Shown: one piece after another, positions 34,116 through 44,952 of the stretch | Position numbering within the stretch: the first letter of the stretch is position 1 | Layout of the letters: the number at the start of each line of letters is the position of its first letter | Notes under the pieces: model-generated | Database searches by the model: none | Told to the model about the DNA's origin: nothing | What the model saw: the letters and a program-made list of their open reading frames with translations, nothing else | Source of the DNA: Prasinococcaceae sp. CCMP 1430 | Taxonomy: Eukaryota > Plantae > Prasinodermophyta | NCBI GenBank assembly: GCA_013416795.1 | Contig: RQSC01001332.1 | Location: forward strand, 1-64,000 | Direction of reading: 5' to 3' | Length of the DNA stretch: 64,000 nucleotides | Position numbers and translations under genes: made by a program

Positions 34116-36491
34116 ATGGACGGGACGGCGGCGTTCGCCTCGACCGACCCCGCCCTCGCCGCAGTGCCCGCGCACCAGGCGTCGCCGAAGCTGATCTCGT
34201 TGCTCAACGGCGACCTGCCATCGCAGAGCGCGCCCGCGGCGCGCGAGGCCGGAGAGGCGGGCGCGAGGGCGGGGCCGAACAGCGTCGTGCTGCTCGACTC
34301 GAGACTGGAGCTGCCCATGCCCCTCTCCTCCCCGGGGGTCGACGCGCCGGCGAACGACGGCGGTGCGCTGCCGCAGGGCGCCGCGGCGCAGCTCGGACCC
34401 GAGGCGCAGTGCCAGCAGCCGATCAATCCGGCCACGCCCGGCACCTCGCTCGAGGGCACCCTCGAGCACCCCAGCCCGGACCGCAGCCCCTCCGTTCCGA
34501 CGTCGGAGGAGCGCGCGCGGGAGGACGAGCGCCCTGCCTCCGCGGGCCCGGCGCCAGCTGCTGCACCCCATCCTAGGGAGGACGACAAGCACCCTTCGTC
34601 CGCCGACGAGACCCACCAGGAGCTGGTCGGCGGGGGCACGGCGCCGGCTCCCGCCGCGACCCACGCCGCGCCCTCCGCGCCCGACACGACGATCGTTGTT
34701 TCGAGCATCGAGGCGGTGCACAGCCTGGTCGGCGGCAGCGCCTGTCCAGACGGCGACGACGACGCTTTCGCCTTCGACGCCTCGTCCGGCGTGGAGCTGC
34801 ATCTTGGTCGGCCTGAGGAGCCCGACGAGGTGAGGCGGCGCCACTTGGAATCCGAGTGCGCGCTGGCGCACGCACCCGCCCTTCCGGACGGATCCCTGGC
34901 CGCGGCGGTGTGCGGAACAACTCCGACCCTGGTCGACATGCAGGCCGGCACGGTCGCGCTGGAGGAGCACCGGGCGCGACAACGGGGGCAGGAGGAGCGC
35001 GACGGCGGCGGCGGCGGCGGCGCGGCGGATGACCGGTCCGGACATGAGCACGCGCCGGGCGGCGGCGCGCCGCCTGCAGGTGCCGACGGTGGCGGCAAGC
35101 AGCCTCCCCAGCCCAACGACGACAAGGATGGCGGCGAGGGTGCCGACACGCAGCGCCATGAAGTGCGCTGCATCAACCCGGCCCATCGGTCGGCCGCTTC
35201 CCTGGAGGCCGGCGGGCGCACCTGGTTCTGCACGAAGTGCCGCCCCGCGCCAGCCCTGGAGGAAGAAAAGGCCTACGAGCTCGTGGGCGACCCCGGCCTC
35301 AAGAATGGGGAGAAGAAGCTGCGCGCGCGCATTCTGCGCACGCCAGAGTGGGAGAGCCACGACACGCGCACGGCGCTCGCAGACGAGCTCGACGCCGCGT
35401 CGCCCGACCCGGGGAGCTCCGACGCCAGGCTGGCGCGTGCCCTGCGCAAGAAGGACGTGCCGTCGCTCCGCAAGGCGCACTTGCTCGCGCTCGCGCGCCG
35501 CTGGGGCATCGCGTCGGACATCTGGCTGAAGAAGGGCGAGGCCACGCGGCGCAGGTCCGTAGCCGCCAAGAAGAGGGTGCGTGGGCCCAAGGCCAAGGGC
35601 AGGGGCGCCAAGGGCACTGCCATGCCTGGCAACGCGAGCGGCGGCGCGGCGGCGGCGCTGCCCTTCGCGTCGATGGGCGCCATCGGACAGGCCACGGCCC
35701 AGGGCGCCGGGCCTTCCGCGAGGGGCTTCGAGGACTACAGCCCCAGGGCCCAGGACGGCAGCGGCGCGCGCCCGCGTCGCAACGCGGTGTCCGCGAAGAG
35801 GCGCAGGGGGCCCTACGGCGACGACTTCGAGTACGGGGCCGTCGCCATGGGTGCAAAGCCCCCACCTGGCGCCAAGCGCGCCCGTGTCACCAGCCGGGCG
35901 GGCAAGGCGAGGGCGGGAGGCGCGGGCCGCGGCGCGGTCGCAAACATCGGGAACATGATGGCTCCGCCGGCGGGTCCCTTCTACGCCGCGCACTCTCCTG
36001 TCTTTTCGTGGGACGTGATGCTGATGTCAGGCAGCGCAGACCCCCCGGCGCCGTCCCTCAGAGCGGTCGGCGGCGGCGGTGGGACCTTGGGTGCCACAGG
36101 CGGGAGCAACACCGCCGGCATCCCGGCGGAGGGAATGGTGGGGCTCGACATGCAGTTCTATCACAACGCGCCGGCAGGCATCCCCGGCCAGCTCTCGCCG
36201 GCCCTGTCCTTCCCCGTGGGGAACATGATGCCGCCGGCGCTGCCGATGGGGACGCTGCCCCCCAACCCCAGCTCCCACCAGTCGCATCTCGAGCAACCCA
36301 CCGCCCCTCGCGGCGGCACGTACCCACCGCCTGCTCAGATCGACGACAACGTCGTCTTTGCTCCGACGCCGCACGCTGCGGCCACCGGTGTGGACACTTC
36401 CAGCGCGCCGCTCTCGTCGGCGGCGTGGCTGAACACGGAGATATGGACTGACATCCTCCAGGGCGGGCTCCCTGCCGGCCGTGGCCTGTAG
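34116..36491 (+). CDS. Large low-complexity protein, probably nuclear, with a partial PHD-like zinc-finger motif and a helix-extension-helix-like segment
   Basis: Long open frame with coding-like codon use; HEVRCINP...WFCTKC; LRKAHLLALARRWGI; K/R-rich NLS-like stretches. Start uncertain (gap at 33958-33974). Confidence 0.6.
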   Translation: MDGTAAFASTDPALAAVPAHQASPKLISLLNGDLPSQSAPAAREAGEAGARAGPNSVVLLDSRLELPMPLSSPGVDAPANDGGALPQGAAAQLGPEAQCQQPINPATPGTSLEGTLEHPSPDRSPSVPTSEERAREDERPASAGPAPAAAPHPREDDKHPSSADETHQELVGGGTAPAPAATHAAPSAPDTTIVVSSIEAVHSLVGGSACPDGDDDAFAFDASSGVELHLGRPEEPDEVRRRHLESECALAHAPALPDGSLAAAVCGTTPTLVDMQAGTVALEEHRARQRGQEERDGGGGGGAADDRSGHEHAPGGGAPPAGADGGGKQPPQPNDDKDGGEGADTQRHEVRCINPAHRSAASLEAGGRTWFCTKCRPAPALEEEKAYELVGDPGLKNGEKKLRARILRTPEWESHDTRTALADELDAASPDPGSSDARLARALRKKDVPSLRKAHLLALARRWGIASDIWLKKGEATRRRSVAAKKRVRGPKAKGRGAKGTAMPGNASGGAAAALPFASMGAIGQATAQGAGPSARGFEDYSPRAQDGSGARPRRNAVSAKRRRGPYGDDFEYGAVAMGAKPPPGAKRARVTSRAGKARAGGAGRGAVANIGNMMAPPAGPFYAAHSPVFSWDVMLMSGSADPPAPSLRAVGGGGGTLGATGGSNTAGIPAEGMVGLDMQFYHNAPAGIPGQLSPALSFPVGNMMPPALPMGTLPPNPSSHQSHLEQPTAPRGGTYPPPAQIDDNVVFAPTPHAAATGVDTSSAPLSSAAWLNTEIWTDILQGGLPAGRGL

Positions 36492-37135
36492 ACTACTATT
36501 CATGATGGGCCGCGCCAACACGGCGCGGCGACCGCCGAGACGGCATGTGGCATATGCACACTGCTTTTGCTGACTGCGTGTTTGCTCTCGCCCGTATACT
36601 ACTACTCAACAATTGGTCGCACCTTACAGATACTTCGAAGCAAGTCGGACGCAGCATAGTTTGCCTCCTCTCTCCGCGAGTATGCCAGCGCTACGTGCGA
36701 AGGATGCCCGAGTGAACCCAGAGACTGGAGGAGGGAAGGGCGAGGGGAAACGCGCGCCGTCAAACCACTAAGCGTAACACCAATGTTTAGCACTGTCAGA
36801 CTGTGTGTCACCGACCACAGGAGGCCAATGCTGGGCGGCGGACAGTCAGAGACGAGCGAGGCCCAGTGCTGGCCGCTACCTTACGCGTCGTTGGTCGTAG
36901 CGGCCAGGACATGGCCGGGCGCGCCTAGCGGAGCCGCCGCGCTCAGCACTTCTCGCCGCGCCCCCGGTTTCAACAGCCTCCCGTGCGCGCTTCGGTACTC
37001 GTTTGATGCGCGGGAAATATAGCAGGGTGGTTGGTGTTTGAGGGGATGCCACAGCGCGCGCGGCCTCGCCGCGGTGGCGGCCGGCCACCGCGTGCTCATC
37101 GAGCTCGTGGTGTGTCGGTCGCCGCGCGCGCCGCG

Positions 37136-38258
37136 ATGGGGTGGTTTTCGTCCTCTTCTCCTGCCACGCCCGCGGGCGCTGCCGCCGCCTCGGGCGAGGC
37201 TGAGCCCTCCAGCGCGGCAGGCGGAGCGCCCGGGGAGAGCCCCGACTCGCCGACCCCCGAGGCGGCCGCAGCGGCGGCCGCGGCGGCCTCAGCGGCGACC
37301 GCCGCAGCCGCGACCGCTGCGGTCGGGGCGATGGTCGGCAAGGCGGAGCCGGAGGGCGCAGCCAAGAAGGGCGGCGGCTGGACCTCGTACGTTGAAAAGC
37401 AGCTCGGCCTCAAAAGCGCCGAGGAGCTCCGGAGTGAGAAGGCGGCCGCGCCAGAGAAGGAGCGCACCGAGGCCGAAGGGGAGGCGGCGCCGGACTTGAC
37501 GCGCTTTCCGTTCCGCCCATTTGGCTGCTGCACCACGGCGTACGCAGTGCCGACGTTTGCGCCGCTGTCGTTGACCAACCCTGCCTGCCTCGTCGGCCAG
37601 CACGTTTCGCTGATGACCGGTGAAGACTATCACTGCGGCTCGTGCTTTCCGCTCGGTGCGGGCGCGCCCGCCAAAGTGCGCACGCTCCCGCTGGAAGTCC
37701 TATGCGTGTTACTGACAGTGCCCAAATGTACATGCGCGCGCGCGCGCGCACACACACACACACACAGAGGATGGGCCGTGCGCGAGCTGCAACCGCTGTT
37801 GCGCCAATAGAGTGTGCCGGATGGGCACGAAAGGCTGGGCGGTCTGCGCTTGCTTCAGCTGGCTGGACTTTCTTCCGTGCTGCTCATGCCCGCCCGTCGG
37901 CTGGTTCTTCTGCGTGCCGCACTTTTCTATGTCCGCGGCTGCCGCTACATATCTCCTCCGCCAACGCATCATCTTCGCGCACGACGTGAAGCTCGATCCG
38001 CCCGGCGCCAAAGGCAAGGTAGAGGGCATGGGAACCGACCGCATGGGAGCGGGCGCGCCACACTGCTGCTACTGCTGCCTGCTCACGCAGCAGGTGGCCT
38101 TTCTGGAGGCCGTCACTGGGAAGGACGCGAGGATGCGCGCGCGCGAGGCCAGCCTGAGGGAGCGGAAGGCGGCGGCCGACGCCAGCGCTGCTGCTGCCGC
38201 CGATGAGGAGGCCGCGCCGCAACAGGAGCAGATGGCGAAGACGTCCAAGGACGACTGA
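37136..38258 (+). CDS. PLAC8-like Cys-rich protein with an N-terminal MG motif; intron 37677-37769
   Basis: FGCCTT, NPACLVGQHV, LLRQRIIFAHDV, HCCYCCLLTQQVAFL. The spliced frame is continuous if the second AG of CAGAG is used. Confidence 0.75.
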
Positions 38259-38456
38259 GGAGCGGAGCATGCGTGGGCGCGGCGCGCTGCTCGTGCGCTC
38301 ACATGCAACCTCTGCGCGCGCGCGCGCGCGCGCGCGCCGTGGCCGCCGCAACGCACGGCGCTCGCGCCAGGCGACGCGGACGAACGTAGGAGCGAACATA
38401 GTAAGGGGGCCCCACACATTTTGCTAGCTAGCTAGAGGCCGGACGACGCGTGCCGT

Positions 38457-39655
38457 CTACTCTTCGGAGAGTCGCTTGTCGATGGCCTCGCGCAGCCGCC
38501 CACGCAGAACTGCGACCTTGCCCGCCGTGGGCACGCCAAGAGCTTTGAGATACGCACGCAGCTCCGTTTTCTCCAGTGAGTCCACATCCAACGCCTGCAG
38601 GTTCACCACCTCAGCACCTAGGCCAGGGCCCTTCTCCTGTGCGCCGGCCGCCTCCTGCGCTCCACCCTCCAGCTGCTCGCCTCCCGCCGCCGCCGCTGCC
38701 TCATCTGCCTCCCTGTTCTCCTCATTGATGTAGAACGACGTCCGCAGCTTGCCTTTTGAGTCCTCAAGGATCTTCTCGAGCTGCGCGTACGTCGGCCGCT
38801 CGGCGAACTCGTCCACGAACTTGGCGTCCCGGCCCGTCATCAAGTAGAGCGAGTAGACCTTGTCTGGATACGCCCTGAGCAGGCGAAAGACTGCGCCCTG
38901 GACCCCGTCGAGGCCGCTCTCACCAGGCAGGATGCTTCCGATGCGCACCTCCTCGAGCGCGAAGACCAGCTCAAAGCCGTCAACGAACTTCTCGTTCGCT
39001 GCGCGCCAGGGACCAACGCCGAAGTCGCTCAACAGATTGCCACTGGTCACCCACTGGGGATTGAGGAGCGTCAGCGGCCGCTCGGTCTTCTCGGCATACC
39101 TCTTGAGCAGTGGGAGGTTGTCGGCGCCAGGGTCTATGTGAGGTTGTCAGAGCCTTGCAGAGCAACACGTGCGCGCGCGCTGGGTGGGGGGGTGGCGCGC
39201 GCCTCCTGAGGGGGCCAAGACCGCTGGCGTCACGCACATACGACCGTCACTCGGTCCCGACTCTCCGTGGGATACAGCACGGCCGCATTGTCGCCATCGA
39301 GGCCGCCGTCGCCGATGCGCTCCACGCTCAGATCCTCGTCGCCGTCGCTGACGCTTCGCGCGAGCGTCTTCCCAGCGTCGAGCGCGATCCTGAACTCTTC
39401 GGACGCGCTGCAGGGATAGTCCAGCGCTTCCGTATTGCAATACTGCCCGGGGCCTGCCCGCTGGTTGACGGGCATGAGCACCTGAACGCGCTGGCGAACG
39501 ATGCCATCTGCGAGGGCCGCGCGCGATGCTGTCGCCGCCGCGGCGAGGGCCTCGGCGGCCGACTGCGGCAGCGCGGCCGCGGATGCCGCGGCAACGGCCA
39601 AACGCTGCTGTGCCCCCCCCCCCTTTCCCCACCCCCGCCACCACTCTGGTGCCAT
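38457..39655 (-). CDS. DUF1995 (LPA3-like) plastid-type protein with a C-terminal SAP domain; one intron at about 39236-39136; start uncertain
   Basis: LPQS...ASRAALADGIVRQRVQVLMP; VVYPG; LLNPQW...SDFGVGPWR...RLLRAYP...ERPTYAQLEKIL; SAP-like LEKTELRAYLKALGVPTAGKVAVLRGRL. Confidence 0.75.
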
Positions 39656-40378
39656 CGCTCGTGGCGCCGCACTCCCTCCCGGCGCGCACCGGCACGGCAC
39701 CGCCGCAATCTGCGCGTCGCGTCCAGATAAGGTAAACCCTAAACCCGAAGACTGCCCCCAGACAGCCCGGGTCCAATACCCAAAACGTCGTCGCCCTCGC
39801 CAGGCGGATTTACGCCCGGCCAAAAATAGTTCCAGCGCGCGCCGCTTGGCCGGTGCGCGCGGGTTTACCCAGGATTTTCATAGGGAGATTCCCGGCCGCA
39901 TGCGTTCCTTCCGTTTCGGCCGTTTCTACATACGGTTGGAGTCGGTGCCGCAGTCTAACCGCTGTGCTCCCCGTTTTGGCGCGCGGGGACAGGGCGCGCG
40001 CCGCCCTCGCGCCGACGCGCGCTGCGGCTGCCACACGGAACGCGGGGAGGAGGGGCGGCGGGGAGGGGAGGGAAGGAGGGGTGAGGGGGTCGGGGGTGGG
40101 GGGGTGGGGAGGTGGCGCCAGGCCGCCAGGATGGCGCCCCGCTGCACGCAGCCCCCTCCATCAAACAGCACGCGCGCGCGTTTTACACCCACGGGAGAGT
40201 TCATCGTACGTCAAAGCGAACCCGCGATTCTCCGAGTCGGATTCGATGCGTTTTCCTCTGGTGTTTTTTTTGTTTTGTTTTGTTTTTGGCGGGAGCGCTC
40301 GCGGATGGCGTTGTGGATAAGCTTGCAGGGGGTCGCGGGGTCGCCGATGGGGGGCGCCACACGCGGCGCGCGGGGAGT

Positions 40379-40412
<34 letters not shown>

Positions 40413-40564
40413 GGAGGCGTTGCAGCGGTGCGTAGGGGCGAGATGGTTTCGGCCGCGCTGGGGTCCGCCCGCGCGGCGGCGGCGCAGCGGCGCGGCGGCT
40501 CCTGGTCGTCGTACAGCGCGCGCGCGGTGGCGAGCAAGGTGAGGCGCTGCCCCGAGAGAGCGAA

Positions 40565-43500
40565 ATGGCGCCGCGCGCGTCGGCATCCGAGCTGCCGCCC
40601 GAGGGCCACCAGGGCGACAGTGGCGGCGGCGCGAATGGGGGAGCATACGCCGGCGCGGGTGCGCACCACGCCACGGGGGGGCGTATGGCATCGCGTACTC
40701 TCGGCGGCAGCGGTGGTGGGTACACGAACCGTCTGGCAGCGGCCGCTGCCAGCTCGGACCGCCGCGCGCACAGCCAAGCCAGACCCCAGCAGCAGCGACG
40801 CCCGCAACACCTGCGGTCGCTCGCGACGGGTGGTACGCATGAGCGCGCGCTTGCGGCGCAGGCCAGCGACAGGGCGCGCGCGCACGCGAGCGAAGGGCTC
40901 GGTCGAAGCCTCGGAGGCGCGCATGGCAGCGGCGATGGGCCCCGCGCCTACAGCGGTAAGGGCGCGCACGGGGCACGCGGCGAGAAGGTCGTTGGCAGTG
41001 GCCGTGCGTTCGGCGACGGCGCGATCGAGCGCTCGCCGGGGGTGGCGGGCCTCGCATTGCTGAGCGACCTGGACTTGCCGCCGGAGCTCGACGAGCCGCT
41101 CACGCGCCAAGCGCTCTCGCGCGACGAGCTCGATGACTGGCTCGAGCGCCATACCGGCGGGGCGGAGCGCTTCGCGTCGGTGGCGCTCTACTGTGAGCTT
41201 CGACTGCGCGCGTCCCAGCGCGCCACGGTGGCACTGCCGTCTCCCAACACGACGCGTACGCTCGTGGCCGCGGAGCTCCTCGCCGCGCTCGTCACCAAGT
41301 CGCTCACGCGGCTGCCCATTCTGATCGAGCTCCTTCGCGAGGTGTTCTCGGCGCTCTTCGTCGACCCCGACGAGGCATCGCCGCAGCCATACTTTGTGGC
41401 GTACGCCGAGGGCATGGAGGAGCTCTCGCGCTTGCGCGCCGACCTCGCCGAGGCGCACCGAGCGGCGGGCTTTTGGCAGCGCAACGCCGAGAATCGCCTG
41501 GCCTCGTACTCGCGCGCAATGACGATGCTCTTCGCGAGCGTCGCGCACGAAAAGTTTCACTTGTGGCGGACCTCTGTGGTGCAGCGGAAGATGACGCGCC
41601 AGAAGCTCGACCTGGCCGTCACTAAGTTCAAGCGCCGCGCCGAGCTCATGCGCGCTTTCTCGCACTGGCGCGACGCTCTGCTGCAAAGCAAGCTTGACGT
41701 GATGTCAACAACCGCGGATGAGCTTCGGCAGACCACGGTCACGCAGGCCGAGCGCATACGCGAGCTCGAGGGGCTGCTCCAGGCGGAGCAAGACGCCCAC
41801 AGCGAGACCAAGATGGAGATGCAGAGACTCAAGGACCGGCTGGCTGAAGGCGACAATATCATCAAGGAGCAGGCTGAAGAGATCGAGCGCCTCAAGGCGA
41901 AGTTGCTCGCCATGGAGGAGGAGAGTGCGATGGGCGCCCGCTACGCGGCCGAGGTGCGGCGAGGGCGGCGCGCGCTCGCCGCGCTCGCCGCGGACGAGGA
42001 GGCCGAGCTGCGCGCGCGAATGAAGGCCCTTGTCGATGGCACCTTCCAGGACTGCTCCGTGCTTCTCAAGCAAGACGAGGATACACAGTCACTGCTGGAG
42101 GTCGACCCCAGCCAGATCATGCTGCGTTGGGCCAACTTCCACCTGCAGCGACAGGGCTTGGACACCATCCGCAACTTTGGCGCCGACCTGGCGGATGCCA
42201 AGGAGCTCGTACCACTGCTCAGAGCTGCCCTGCCGGACTCGGTAGACGCGAAGCTCGCGGATGAGGTGGACCCACTGCTCATTGCGCAGAAGTGCTTGGG
42301 CGTCATGCGCCAGCGCATCGACCTGCCCGAGGACGTGATTTTGCCCGCCGAGGTTCTGGACAAGACAACGGCCGATTTGGTGTACGTGGCTCTCGAGCAA
42401 CTGTTCAGCTTCGACGCGGGCCTAGACCTCGACCGCGTGAGCCAGGCACCGACCGAGCACATCGACACCGTGGTGGTTCGAGCTAGGGAATCGCTGGCAC
42501 AATCGCCGCTGATCCACATGGATGAGCCCGGCGAGGACGACGACGAGTGCATCGGCGCCGGGGCTCGGTCCCTCCTCGAGGCGATGCGAGATGCGCGACG
42601 CATGGTGAAACGCGAGGAGGAGAGCATGTGGGGACTGCACGCCACCTATATGGATGCGCGCCGTCGAGCGGCCAACCTGAGCAAGGAGTGCCTGGCGGCG
42701 CGCGCGCGAGGCAACGTGCGTGAGATGGTGGACGACAGCGCGGAGGACATGCAGGTGGCCTACACGCAGCTCGTGCCAGCACGTGTGATGGACATCATTC
42801 CCGAGGGCCCAGGCCAGGCCGAGGCGCTCGACATGGTGAGCTGCGTGCTTGGGAAGCACTACAAGGACCTGAAGCGCATTTTCGTCTTCTACTCGGCGGG
42901 CGGCTTCATGTCGAGCGCCGAGTACTGGAAGCTAATGAAGGATGCAAAGATTCCCACCAAAAAGTTCGGCTCGGCCAGGATCGATCTGGTGTTCCTCAAG
43001 GCCAATAAAGAATACACGGACCGCGAGGCCGCAGGCGGCGTCGCAAGTGAAGACAACCCTGATACGGAGCTGATGCCTGCCGAGTACGTCGAGGCGATCG
43101 TGCGGCTTGCGTGGGGGCGCGCAGGGGAGAAGGGCGAGCTGCACGAGGTCGTGGAAAAGTTCATCGAGCAGCAGATCCTGCCCAACGCGTGCAAGAGCGA
43201 CGCCGAGCAGTTCCGACGCATGCTGAAAGAGCCGGACTTCGCCGCCGTGCTGGCCACGCACCGCCCCGCACTACGCAAGATCTTCAGAAAGTACAGCGGC
43301 GCCGACGCGAGCGACGCGGACGGCCTCACCATGAATATGAAGGAGGTGGCGCAGCTCTTCAAGGACTCGCTGCAGATCTCCGGGGGGTTCACGCACCACG
43401 ACGTGAAGAAAATCTTTGGGAACGTCCAGGATGCGGAAGGCAATCACGGCGACGGCGCGGACGACGACGACGAGCTCGTCTTTACCGAGTTCATTGAGCT

Positions 43501-43624
43501 GCTCGTCTGCACGTGCGTGTACCGCGACCCGAATCCGTTCATGCCCCTCGACAAGCGCTTCAGCGCGTATGTGACGAAAGACCTCGTGAAGCCGTTGAAG
43601 GCCGCAAAGAAGGTGAAGTTCTAA
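40565..43624 (+). CDS. 1019-aa intronless protein: coiled coil, fimbrin-type calponin-homology domain and EF-hand-like C-terminus (cytoskeletal/flagellar-type)
   Basis: PSQIMLRWANFHLQRQGLDTIRNFGADLAD is CH-like; heptad-rich 41700-41920; LMPAEYVEAIVRLA and ELVFTEFIELLV are EF-like. Confidence 0.8.
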   Translation: MAPRASASELPPEGHQGDSGGGANGGAYAGAGAHHATGGRMASRTLGGSGGGYTNRLAAAAASSDRRAHSQARPQQQRRPQHLRSLATGGTHERALAAQASDRARAHASEGLGRSLGGAHGSGDGPRAYSGKGAHGARGEKVVGSGRAFGDGAIERSPGVAGLALLSDLDLPPELDEPLTRQALSRDELDDWLERHTGGAERFASVALYCELRLRASQRATVALPSPNTTRTLVAAELLAALVTKSLTRLPILIELLREVFSALFVDPDEASPQPYFVAYAEGMEELSRLRADLAEAHRAAGFWQRNAENRLASYSRAMTMLFASVAHEKFHLWRTSVVQRKMTRQKLDLAVTKFKRRAELMRAFSHWRDALLQSKLDVMSTTADELRQTTVTQAERIRELEGLLQAEQDAHSETKMEMQRLKDRLAEGDNIIKEQAEEIERLKAKLLAMEEESAMGARYAAEVRRGRRALAALAADEEAELRARMKALVDGTFQDCSVLLKQDEDTQSLLEVDPSQIMLRWANFHLQRQGLDTIRNFGADLADAKELVPLLRAALPDSVDAKLADEVDPLLIAQKCLGVMRQRIDLPEDVILPAEVLDKTTADLVYVALEQLFSFDAGLDLDRVSQAPTEHIDTVVVRARESLAQSPLIHMDEPGEDDDECIGAGARSLLEAMRDARRMVKREEESMWGLHATYMDARRRAANLSKECLAARARGNVREMVDDSAEDMQVAYTQLVPARVMDIIPEGPGQAEALDMVSCVLGKHYKDLKRIFVFYSAGGFMSSAEYWKLMKDAKIPTKKFGSARIDLVFLKANKEYTDREAAGGVASEDNPDTELMPAEYVEAIVRLAWGRAGEKGELHEVVEKFIEQQILPNACKSDAEQFRRMLKEPDFAAVLATHRPALRKIFRKYSGADASDADGLTMNMKEVAQLFKDSLQISGGFTHHDVKKIFGNVQDAEGNHGDGADDDDELVFTEFIELLVCTCVYRDPNPFMPLDKRFSAYVTKDLVKPLKAAKKVKF

Positions 43625-43983
43625 AGAGCGCCCCTCTGAGCGGGCCCGTGCGCCTGAGCCGGAGCGCATGCATCCGCAAGGAAAACCAACGTGCTGGTAC
43701 GCAAACTTTAATATCAGCCATTGTGCGAGTGGCGGTGACCTACCCAGAAGGGAAGGCCTTGTGCAGATGGGTCGCTCTGGTGAAGATTGGCTTGGCGGTA
43801 TCAATCTGTGCTTCAATCCTTGCGCACTTGAGGTTGCTTCGCGAATCGCTTTGCCAGCGAATGTGCGTGCGCGCGTGCACGAGTCAAAGTGGCGCGAGGC
43901 GCGCTCGAATGGTCCGAAGCCGCGATGGTCACGGTCCTGCGCGCTCCGTGGCACGGGCAGCGGCCTTCTGTGCGCGGTCGGCG

Positions 43984-44952
43984 CTACTCAGCGGCGTCCA
44001 TGTGCTCACGCACGTGCGCATCGCCTCCTTCGCAGTCTGCCTGCGCGTACTCGTTGATGTCTTGCACGGCCTTCAGCGCGGCAATAGTGGCATCCGAGTC
44101 GTCGCCTCCGTGCTCGAAGACGCTCGCGACTTCAGTCAGGAACACGTGGACCGACGGGCCGACAAATCTGGCGTTCTGCTGCTCGGCTGCGCGGCGCAGA
44201 TCTTTCGCGCGCTCGGCTCTTTTCTGGACCTCGCTTAGCGTTGCTGCTAGGCGGACGTGAGCCCTGCTTGTTTGTGCGTAAGCGCAGCCGAAGTTCTTCT
44301 TCAGGTCGCGCAGCATAAGTACGAGAATCTCCATGACAGTGTTGGCGATTTGCTGCATCGCCTCGTCGTGCTCCTCGAGCCGCAGGTCCGACGAGCTGTT
44401 GATTTCGTGCAGAATCTCTAGCATTTTCTCGATTTCGTTCTGTGCAGTGTCCATGACGTCAGGCTGATCATCTCCATCACCCTCGTTGAGACTCTTTTCG
44501 AGAATGGTTCTCGCCTGGTCCATCTGGAGCTCCGATACTTCTGGGACTGAGATCGCATACGCAGCCGCGCCACCGTTGCCCGTTGGAGGTGCTCCATCCT
44601 CGCCCTCGTCAACCACTTCTTCTCCTGCAGGCAGCGGCGGGGCCTCGGTGTCATCAGCGTCGCCGCCCTGCAGCTGCTCATTGCGAGGCGCTCCTTCATG
44701 CCCGTCCGTAGCAGCGCCGTCTGCATGCGCGCTCGCCAAGACAGCGATCGACGATAGCCCAGAGCGATCCTCGACGGAGGCCAGAGCGATGGGAGGCGCC
44801 AACTCTGCCGCTGGGGCGGCGGCGGCAGCGGCCCCGTCGACCGGCCTACTTTCGCTCCTCGCGCGCTTGTGCGGCAGGTCCGAGTAGTCGGGGCCCACTA
44901 CCACGAGGGGCACCGCCTGCTGCGGCGCTGTGCCACCGCCGTCGCCGGACAT
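43984..44952 (-). CDS. Hypothetical acidic coiled-coil protein (322 aa)
   Basis: ATG-to-stop ORF with helical acidic composition, convergent with the CH protein. Family not recognised. Confidence 0.65.
   Translation of the reverse strand: MSGDGGGTAPQQAVPLVVVGPDYSDLPHKRARSESRPVDGAAAAAAPAAELAPPIALASVEDRSGLSSIAVLASAHADGAATDGHEGAPRNEQLQGGDADDTEAPPLPAGEEVVDEGEDGAPPTGNGGAAAYAISVPEVSELQMDQARTILEKSLNEGDGDDQPDVMDTAQNEIEKMLEILHEINSSSDLRLEEHDEAMQQIANTVMEILVLMLRDLKKNFGCAYAQTSRAHVRLAATLSEVQKRAERAKDLRRAAEQQNARFVGPSVHVFLTEVASVFEHGGDDSDATIAALKAVQDINEYAQADCEGGDAHVREHMDAAE

Noticed and set aside
33782-35993. Long Arg/Ala/Pro-rich antisense or alternative-frame ORFs throughout the window
   Set aside because: Shadow ORFs expected at about 70% GC opposite real genes; no motifs.
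39734-39746. AAACCCTAAACCC as a telomerase RNA template
   Set aside because: I saw no USE/TATA promoter, terminator or TR structure; better treated as a telo-box-like word.
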